This document shows, in pieces, positions 46,386 through 55,500 of a DNA stretch of 64,000 bases (its first letter is position 1; the number at the start of each line of letters is the position of its first letter). The stretch comes from a virus: the IMG/VR virus record IMGVR_UViG_3300042401_001747, one strand, 5' to 3'. The notes beneath the pieces were generated by a model, which did not search any database, was not told where the DNA came from, and saw only the letters and a program-made list of their open reading frames with translations. A program made the position numbers and the translations under genes.

Positions 46386-48412
46386 TATATAGCTCCACTA
46401 ATTAATTTTTTAAGAGTATCTTTTCCAGCATTCAAGTTTTCTAGTCTTGCATCAAACAGTTTGCCAAGAATATTCAGATGTATTTTTTCACCCTCAGAAA
46501 GGCCGTATTTGGATAGAGATTTTTGAAATTCTAATGAGTTGAATTTTTTTGCTCTTTGAATCATTAAGGACAAAAACTTCATGAATGCAACTCTTTGTTG
46601 TGCTTTGAGCGACTGGTAGTAGTCGGAATATGAAGGAGTAAGTTGCGTTGCGTAGAAATCGTTTATTCGCATATTCATGCGCTTTGTAATTTCTATCTTG
46701 GACAAATCAACAAGTCCAGATGTTACGTTTTGTCCTGCTATAAGTCTTCTTGCGTCAGGAGTGTCTATGGTGTAAATAGACGTAAGTGGGCGTTCTCTTT
46801 GGTCGGTTAGGTAGTCCGACACCATTAATGCAGCAACATCAGAAGGCTCAAGTTCATTGAACTTTATCTCTGGGTTGAAGACGCCACCGGGGATTGCGCT
46901 CGTAACCTCTTGTCGTAAGAATCTTCTTACTTCTCCTGGTTTGTCAGCAAAAATTACGTCTGGAGACTCTAGTCCGAGCTGTTGTTGAACATCGGCAGCG
47001 AATCTTTCCCCAATGTGCTGAAATCTATTTGGTTTGTTGTAAAGAAATAACCGCTCTGTAGGGGTGGCGATAGCAACTATGTTGTTGGCAAGTTTCTGTT
47101 TTTGAATCACTCCAGATTTAGACAAAACTTTGGACATGATTTTTGGGTCAATATCTGACATTGAGCCACCATTTACGAGATGCTGAACTGCCGAATCAAC
47201 ATTGGATATCAGCTTTCTGCGTGGCCCGAAAGATTCCGTATCGCGCGTGGACGAAGACTGAGGTTGCGTCATCATGCGCTTTCCCCATACCTGTGATGCC
47301 CAGCTGATTCTGCCTTTGACTATTTCGTTTGGGTTCTTGACTCCTACGAAATCCTCGGAATAGAGCATGCCGTCACCGATGGCATCAGCAAGCGCTTTGA
47401 GGCGTTTTGAAGGGTCTCTTGAGTTATCGATTGCAATAACTTGATTTAGTGTTCTTCCAAGTTTTCTTCTTTCGCCAACTTCCAGTGCTCTGGCTTTTTC
47501 TAGCGTGACAGACGAGCCGCCCGGGAGTACGTAAATTAAAGAAGTCACTCCAGTATTCGAAAGAAGGCCAAGCTCCTCTCCTCCGATGTCTTTTGGAGAA
47601 AGGGCCGACATTACGAAATACGCCCCCTCCATGTCTCTGTTGTCAGGGATTGCTCTTAGTACTTTGTTGGGAACAACTGGTTCAAGCACGAAGCCATCAC
47701 GACGAATCATTCTTCTTACTTTTAAGCCCGATTCTTTATTGAACTTACCTATTGAACTTATTTCTTCTTTTAGCCTGCTTAGAGACGCACGACTATTGAA
47801 GGCTCCGACTTTAGGTATTTGAGGTGCGCGAGACAGAATAATTGAGCTGTCGTAAGGAGACCCCGTCAGGTCTCTTCCGCGTGTTTGTGAAGATATTCCT
47901 GAAGTAAGGGCTCCTCTGGCTGCCCCTATTGCTGCTCCTAGAGCAGAAGGTATTGCAAAGAGCTTTGCACCACAAGTGGAAAGCCTATTGTCTGTAAATC
48001 TTCCACCGTATTGATATCCCTCTGGGCATCGATGAGCCCTGTTTTGCCCAGGAAGCGAACCGCCACGACCCCCTGGGCGTCCTGGGGTTATTGTTCTGTA
48101 AATAGCAGAACGTACTGGTGAGCGCAGTGGGCCAGAATCTCCTGGGACCGCCACGCTTAACGCCGAGCTTCCCAACTGTCGCAAAGCGTTCGCCTTAAAC
48201 TGCATTCCACTAGATTGCTGATTACGCTGAATTCTTCTGGTGTTGCCGAATTTTCTAGACAAAGCTTTGTAATCGGTAATTTCTTGAGTTAACGTTTTTG
48301 TCCCGCGAATATAGTCAATATTTTGTTTTTGAGCAGGGTTAAACAGTAAAACCCTTGTTACCAGTATCTCATTCCCGCTACAGCAGTCGTTTGCGTTATC
48401 CACAGCACTCAT
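46385..48412 (-). CDS. head-module protein with RCPxG..FTD motif and a degenerate HipA/PI3K-like C-terminal domain
   Basis: RCPEGYQYGGRFTD; ERFAADVQQQLGL..PDV...DYLTDQRER. Confidence 0.6.
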   Translation of the reverse strand: MSAVDNANDCCSGNEILVTRVLLFNPAQKQNIDYIRGTKTLTQEITDYKALSRKFGNTRRIQRNQQSSGMQFKANALRQLGSSALSVAVPGDSGPLRSPVRSAIYRTITPGRPGGRGGSLPGQNRAHRCPEGYQYGGRFTDNRLSTCGAKLFAIPSALGAAIGAARGALTSGISSQTRGRDLTGSPYDSSIILSRAPQIPKVGAFNSRASLSRLKEEISSIGKFNKESGLKVRRMIRRDGFVLEPVVPNKVLRAIPDNRDMEGAYFVMSALSPKDIGGEELGLLSNTGVTSLIYVLPGGSSVTLEKARALEVGERRKLGRTLNQVIAIDNSRDPSKRLKALADAIGDGMLYSEDFVGVKNPNEIVKGRISWASQVWGKRMMTQPQSSSTRDTESFGPRRKLISNVDSAVQHLVNGGSMSDIDPKIMSKVLSKSGVIQKQKLANNIVAIATPTERLFLYNKPNRFQHIGERFAADVQQQLGLESPDVIFADKPGEVRRFLRQEVTSAIPGGVFNPEIKFNELEPSDVAALMVSDYLTDQRERPLTSIYTIDTPDARRLIAGQNVTSGLVDLSKIEITKRMNMRINDFYATQLTPSYSDYYQSLKAQQRVAFMKFLSLMIQRAKKFNSLEFQKSLSKYGLSEGEKIHLNILGKLFDARLENLNAGKDTLKKLISGAI

Positions 48413-49052
48413 CCTCTAGTGAAGACGTTTTCAGAACCTGAGAAAAGGATTTCTTTCCGGATTCGTCTTCACCCTCTATTTGCCAATTTTTGTCATTTCT
48501 TAAGAAGGTCACAAAATCTTTTTCCATCTCGCAAAACTCATTCAGAACCTTCATAGCGTGGAAAATATCCGACTCTGTTACGACCGAATTTTCGTTTGAT
48601 TTAAAATCGGTATCTGGTTGTTCGTAAAAGAACAAATCAGAACCAAATGGTGAATCAGATTTTTCTCCAGAAGTCCTAATCATATTTTTAGGCTTCTTTC
48701 CTGAAAGAGAAGTGTTGAATTGGGAATCCGTCCAGTTGGTCAGTTTCCGGAGCTTCTTCCTGCAGTTCTTCATACCTGGATGATGGCAACCTTCGTTTGG
48801 CCAAAGACCAGTAGTTTCGTGATGCAACCAAGCACAGATATTGTTTAGTGGGTACAGTTCTGGGTGATTAACCAGAATGACCCGACACCTGCGAAAGCCG
48901 CCTGGTTTCTTCATGATGGGACGCCAGTATCTGAGTAGGCGTTCAAGGTTTCCACGCCTTGGTCCTCTACCACGCAAGATGTCCCCAGTGACAAGCTCTT
49001 GGGGCAACAAACCGCCAAGAGGGTCTGCCTTGATTCCGTCACTGTTCATCAT
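48396..49052 (-). CDS. hypothetical head-module protein
   Basis: LLRYW...GGFRRC...CAWLHHETTGLWP. Confidence 0.7.
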   Translation of the reverse strand: MMNSDGIKADPLGGLLPQELVTGDILRGRGPRRGNLERLLRYWRPIMKKPGGFRRCRVILVNHPELYPLNNICAWLHHETTGLWPNEGCHHPGMKNCRKKLRKLTNWTDSQFNTSLSGKKPKNMIRTSGEKSDSPFGSDLFFYEQPDTDFKSNENSVVTESDIFHAMKVLNEFCEMEKDFVTFLRNDKNWQIEGEDESGKKSFSQVLKTSSLEDECCG

Positions 49053-49557
49053 TTATGGCCTTTTCTATACTTCTCATAGTCTTAACTGAAAGCCACGCAA
49101 AGTCGCGTTCTTCTAGCGACTTAAAGGCGTAATCGTTTACGTTTAACTGTACCACCTCGCTGCAGCACGAGTTGGAAAGCATGCGGCGAGTGATTTCGTC
49201 CAGTCGGAAAGACTTAACAGACTTTTCAGTTTTGTCTATCTTTTTCTTATTTTTACCAAGCGCTGAATGCATTGGCATCGAGTCCATGAGTGAATCGTTT
49301 ATTGGACGTGTTTTCTCAATAAAGGTTTCGTACCATGCTCCCGACAAGGGGTCTTTGGGGGAGTCCCATACGAATCTTTGAAAAGGAGTGTTTCGTAGTT
49401 TTGTAAGATTTCTAGCCGTACTTGACAAGTGCATTAAATCCATTTTTACAATCGAGCCGTCAGCCTTCTCAACAGCCGCATCCTTCTGGCCTCTTTTTGC
49501 GTCCACGTCGTAATAAACACGCGAGTCCCCAAGAAGCGCTACAAGTGCAGCTCTCAT
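49039..49557 (-). CDS. hypothetical protein
   Basis: ORF track; GGAGG RBS, ATGA overlap. Confidence 0.7.
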   Translation of the reverse strand: MRAALVALLGDSRVYYDVDAKRGQKDAAVEKADGSIVKMDLMHLSSTARNLTKLRNTPFQRFVWDSPKDPLSGAWYETFIEKTRPINDSLMDSMPMHSALGKNKKKIDKTEKSVKSFRLDEITRRMLSNSCCSEVVQLNVNDYAFKSLEERDFAWLSVKTMRSIEKAINDEQ

Positions 49558-52500
49558 AGCTTTCCTCCATATATGGATGTCACTTTTGGCTTATTTGTGG
49601 TTTTCATTTGCTTAAGTAAGTCTTTCGCTGCTGCAATAATTTCCTCAGCTATGGAGTCCTTAAGGGTTGACTCAACAGACTGGCCTGCTTTGGCACTCTT
49701 TGAATGAGAGCGAGCGTCTTCAATATTGAAACCATTCGGGTGAGCAAACTTGACATTATTCAGGCCACGCTTAGCAAAGTCGTCTTTCATCTTCTGCGAT
49801 GCTCTGTATTTACGGAGCATGGACATGCTTGCCGTGTCTAGCGATTGTCCTCCACCCATAGAGTAGAAGTATTCAATCTCTTCTTGAGAAAATCCAGCTT
49901 TTCTTAACTTGTCAGCAATCGATACGGCATCAACAACGTCGGAAATGTCTTCTTTCGCCGAGGCGGCTTCAATCTTGCTCAATGGAACGTTTATTTGTTC
50001 GATATCAGCAACGTCAAATCCGCCCAGAATCTGAGCCTCAAAAGGTTCCCTGGTGGAGCCTTCGGGTAGTTTCTTGTCGAACGAAGATGGCATTTTTCCA
50101 CTAGAGCTTCTTGATGCGTTTGCGTTCGAAAAATCGTTATTCAAAGAAGAAGAGAGCATATGTAGAAGAGCTTCTCGTTTTGTTTCTTCAGCGTTTACTC
50201 CGTCGGCATTAAGGATTGCGTCAGCTACGTCATCTCTGTTACGCGAGTTAAGCATTACGGGCCTGTGAGCCGAAGTGAGAGCATTGCCTCGTCCGTAGGC
50301 GACTCGGTTTGACACTCCAGGGCGCAAAACTATTTCCATGTCACCCAGAGCAGTTAGGCCGTCTCCAACCAAATCTTCGTCCCCTACTTCAAACACGCCA
50401 TCTGGTCTGAGGTTTCCAGGCATTCCGCCTTTTGTAATCTGGGCACGTTTTGCATCCATGTGAGATTTGTGAACTAGATATCCACTTACTGGCATCATGT
50501 CCGGGTCAAGAGAACCGGGAAGACCTATTCTTGAATAGTATTCGCTAGCGTAGTTTTTAGGAGACATTCCTACCGTCTTGCCTGAAGCAGGAGCCTCAGT
50601 AGTCTTTCCACTGCTCAGTCTCTTGCCTTTACGCATTTTTGCCAACCTGCCAACAGATTCTCTTTCTGCGGGAGCATCTGCCGAAGGTTTTGTTCTCACA
50701 TTACGAACGGCTGCGTCAAGTTCTGCCTCACGAGCCCGTGCTGCTGGACCAGCTCTTCTCGTCAGTGCATCTTGTTGCCGAGTCAATACTTCTTCTGCAT
50801 ATGCAGGGTTGTTTCTCATCCCGACTGAATCAATCTCGATAAAGTCACCTTCTGCATAGATTTCAGCCGCAAGGTCATCCATGCCGTCGTTGATTTCTTT
50901 CAGCACCCTGTCTCTTTCTCCAATTTTAACTTTCTTAACATCGCCTTCTTCGAAGTCAACAGCTCCAGTAAGTTTTGCGTCCTTGATTCCTAATCCTCTT
51001 TGAAGAACTTTTGTTAAAGTAAGACCACTAATGATGTCTGTCTGAACTTCGTCAACGTGTAAGGGGATTTGCTGGTCGTCGTCTACTTCTCCGTTAAATA
51101 CGGTTATTGCGCTCCATCTATGGTGTCCGTCAAGTAGCAACTTATCTGAGGTTGCCAGAATGGGGTCCATCATTGCACTGGTACCCCTTCTTTCAGAAAG
51201 TTTAGCCTTAGCATTGGTGTCTTCTTTTAGGGCTTGAATTAAAGCATCGGTGAATTCTTTTGTTCCCCTCTTGTATCTTCCGTCTTTTGTAAGAACTTCG
51301 GTGTAGTGCTTAACGGCAGCTTTCAGTGATTTGTGCATCCCATCGGTCTGTACGGCATCTAATTCCTGTTGAGAAGGAGTGTAATCATCCGGGTTAACAG
51401 CCAGGTTTTCTTTTATTGAATCGTCACCCAATTTCCCTCTAATTATTTCCTTAATCATTTCTTCTCCGGAAACTTCAAAAAGATTCCAGTCCATATTTTC
51501 TATTACGAACTGTCTGTCTTCATCTGATATAGAGGCAGCGGATTCTGGACTCTCCTGAATTTTTTCCATGATTCCTTCAAATCTTTTTTCACCGTCCCAT
51601 GTTTTTATTTTATAAGGGTCAACATGTTTATGAGGGGCCTCTTTGATAGGAATCTGTCCAGCAAGACCGAGCTCTGCTCCGCGAGTATTTGCTCCTGCTA
51701 AGCGTCCACCAGCCTGAGGCATTTTTGCTCGTGGAATACCAAAATTGTTTCCGCAGAAAACGTTTTCGTCTCCATCGTAGAAATTGCAAAGATTCGTTTT
51801 GTATTGGTCGCCAAACTTTTTTAAGAATTCTTTTTTTATTTTTTCTTGGAAAACGGAAGGGTCTACGCCGTCGGCACCATCGATTTTTTCTGCTTCTGCC
51901 TTAAAATCAAGCCATTCTTTTTCATTATTGGCAATAATGTCTTCACCCATTGTTTCGATGTCTTTGAAGAATTCTTGCTGGAGTGTTTTTGCAAAACGTA
52001 AAGACTCTTTTTGTTTTTTAGCTATTGCTTCGTCGGAGGAGTACTCAAGGGTGACGTGATGACCCAGCGCCATCAATGCTATTGCTTGCCCGACATTGTC
52101 AACCTTATAAACAGCCATGTCCTTGGGGTCTGAGCTCGTAAATAACGGCTTCATGTCGCTTGGTTTTACCGAGTCACCAAAATCTTCTTTCAGCTCTTCA
52201 GGGGTGTATTCGTGAAGAGGTTTTCCGCGCTTACGAACTTTTGCTAGAACGTCTCCGGCTATTTTTCTAGTCGCATCCCTCTGGGCATTGACTTGTCTTT
52301 CTTTTGCCCTCGCTGCATAGTCTGGATTGTTTGAAAGACCAACCGAGCCAAGCTGAATAAAGTTTCCTTCGGCGTACTTGTCGTCCACAAGAGTTCCTAC
52401 GTTTTTGGTCAAGCCTTCCATGAGTTCAGATATTTCTTCCTTACCGATGTCGGTTATTTCTCCCTCTTTCCACTTGTTTTCAGCTCCGAGGCGCGCTTCC

Positions 52501-55500
52501 TTAATTCCCCAAGCGTCCTGAAAAATCTTTCCTAAAGTTAAAGCTTCAATTATGTCGGTTTGTATTTCATTAGCCTTCAAGGGGAGCTGTAGCTCTTCTG
52601 GGAGTGAATTATTTCCAACCCTTATTCCTGCCCATCTGTGATGGCCATCAACAATAAAACCATCGTTTGCTGTAAGAATTGGCTGCATGAACCACTGCTT
52701 GTTCATCTCTTCTATGTATTTTGTCCTAAAGTCTTCGTCCGATATTCCAGGATTGTCAGCTCTTATACCCTCGGCAACTTCTATCGCTTTTGTTTGTATT
52801 TGTCTAGCAGTAGCGTCTACTTTTGATGCAACTAGCTGTTGTTGCGAGGGGGCATAATCTTTAGGATTAACTTCTTTGAGAATTACTGAAGGTTTACCAT
52901 TTCCTGGCTCAATGACGCCATCTAGCCATTCTATAAACGGTGTCTCCAGGTTTACTTCTGTGTCGTTCCAGTCTGTATTTTCATATAGCCAGTTTTTTGA
53001 AGCATCAGACAATTTCTCATAAGACTCCGTCTTATGTTCCTGCTGTGTTTTGCCTCCGAATTGATTTCTTAGTGAGTGTTTTTCTGAAACTATCTCATAA
53101 AGTTGTTTTGAAATCTCTTCGTCTGTCAATTCTGGTTCGCCTTTTTTGACTCTACCAGCATTGGCTTTAGCTACTGCTGCGTTAAGCTCTTCTGCGAACT
53201 CTGCTTCAACGGCAGCATCTCTTTTTATTGTCTTTAGGGGTTCAAACTTTCCGGCAGCTTCTCCGGCTTTTAGCGCTCTTACTGCGACAGTATCGTGACC
53301 TGCAGACCTTCCGTTTGTCTGAGGCATTTTTTCTCTATCGATACCAATGTGTCCCGAACACAGCAAGTTTTGTAATGGGCTATATAGGGCACACAGGTCG
53401 GCCTGGTAGCTTTCTACATAATTCTTTTCCATTTCTTTAACAACTTTCGGGTCGTTAAAATCTAAATCTTTAAATTCTTTTTTATACTTTTCTTGATACT
53501 TGACCCATTTAGGGTGAGGATTTTTAGCATCAATATGCTTTTTTGCGGCATTTTTTACTTCTTCTTCAAACGCCTTTTGTGACTGCTCAGTCAGTCTCAG
53601 GTCCTGGTCCTTAACAGCAACGTGATGCCCCAGCATCATTAATGCAATTGCTGTTGGGACGTCGTTGACTTCATACAGTGTGTCGTTTGTGGCGCTGACT
53701 GATTTTTTCTTAGACTTCTTTACTTTTCCGTTGAAAGCCGCAAAGAGTTCCGCCTCAGACATGTCGTCAATGTTTTTGCCGTCTCCGCTTAAAACTTTGT
53801 CAAAAATGTCAAAAGCCTGTGTGGCGACTTCTTTTTCTTGTCTTTTTCTTTCAGCTAGATTGGCCGAGGAATCAATAACTCGACCGGATGAAAGACGTGA
53901 AGAACGCTCACTTGGCCCCATTCCCGAGTATCTTTGTGCTCTACGTGATGTTCTCTTTGCTTCATCGTCTGGAGAAGCAAAAGAGGACCTTATTGAACCA
54001 GTGGAAGATAGTCTCTCAATGTCGTCGTCGGTGGCGCGAACGCGAACTCTTCTATCAAAGCCTTCGTGCATTCTGTACGCAGTATTCTCGGCTCTCGCTA
54101 ACAAGTCTTCTTCGGGAGTGTCAGCGATTAAACGAGCTACGTCTGGATGAATGTCGCCCCTTGATAACGGGTCGGCCGAATCTCCCTGTCCTCCTCCAAG
54201 AATGGATTTAACTTCCCTAACCTGAGAAGACATTGATTTGTTTCTTGATTCTGTTCTTTGCTTGCGTGTGGCAGGAGCGCCCAGTACGTCTTTCTTTCCA
54301 GAAGACAAGCGGGAACTTGAGTCATCAGACGACAAGTGAGGGGGTAGTTCGTCAAAACCTTCTCCGAAAGAACCACCAGCGTCCACAACCTCGTCTACAA
54401 CCGTTTTGCTTGAGGTTTCTGAGACGGAATCGTAATCACTTCTAGAACCACTAGAAAGTCGCCCTGATTCACGGCGGGAGTTAACGTACTTGTCTGCTAC
54501 TGCTTTGATTTTTTTACCGTGACTTTGAGCCCAAATGGCGTCAGTTTTGTTTGTTTCCAAACTGTGAGCCATGGAGTCAATAACCTCAACAGAGTCTTTT
54601 TGATAAGACAACTCTGCTCTTACTGTTCCATCAGGGTCTATCCCCGTAATGCGAAGGCGTCCAGGTGGAGCAACGAAGCGTTGGTCGTCATCTCCCGCTG
54701 CAGGGAAGAGGCCCCTGTCTCCCTCGCGAACCTGTACAACCACACGGCGAGCGGTTTTCCCAGTTTCTTTGTCGCGAATTCCTTTTTCTGGCATGTCCAG
54801 TTTTTTTGTTTTTGTCGTCAGGACCTTGCCGGAAACAAATTGTGGCATTTCAATTTCTTTGCCTTCAATTTTTCCTCGTAAAACACCTGAATCGAAATCA
54901 ATAACTGTTTCCATCTCAAATGGGTCAGCAATAGACGTTCCGTCAATTACTTCCATGACTGGGATTAATAGATTCTCTACCTGCTGGACGACATCGCCTT
55001 CTTCAGATGATTTTTCATCAACCGTAAGTCCCAGTCTCTTGATTCTGGCGTTTCTTTTATTTATTGCTCTTCCGGCCCTGGTTTGAGCTACGGGGTCAAG
55101 TAGTTGTCCTACATCTGAAGATGCAATGTCCCCGAGTTCTTTGACTGCCTTTTTCTGCTCTGCTGTTCCGCGAACTCGACGACGTTCTTTTAACGCATGG
55201 TCTTTTGCTTCTTGCTTACTCTTTAAGGACACGTTCTTTTTCGCTGGAGGAGAAATCAAATCCTTAACACTCTGGTCCAGATTTTTCTTTATTTTGGCAG
55301 TTGTTGACTTGTCTCCTGCGTCACGCATATTTTGTACATACTGCTCTTTTATGACGTCTATCTTTTCAATTAGGTTTTTAGCCTCATCGGAAGAAGGGTC
55401 AAGAGTGCTTAGATATATTTCGTCATCAGCCAGGCGTCGAACTATCTTCTTTTCTGGCATTTTTTCTACAGACTTACGAAGGTCATCGAGGGCTGCTATT

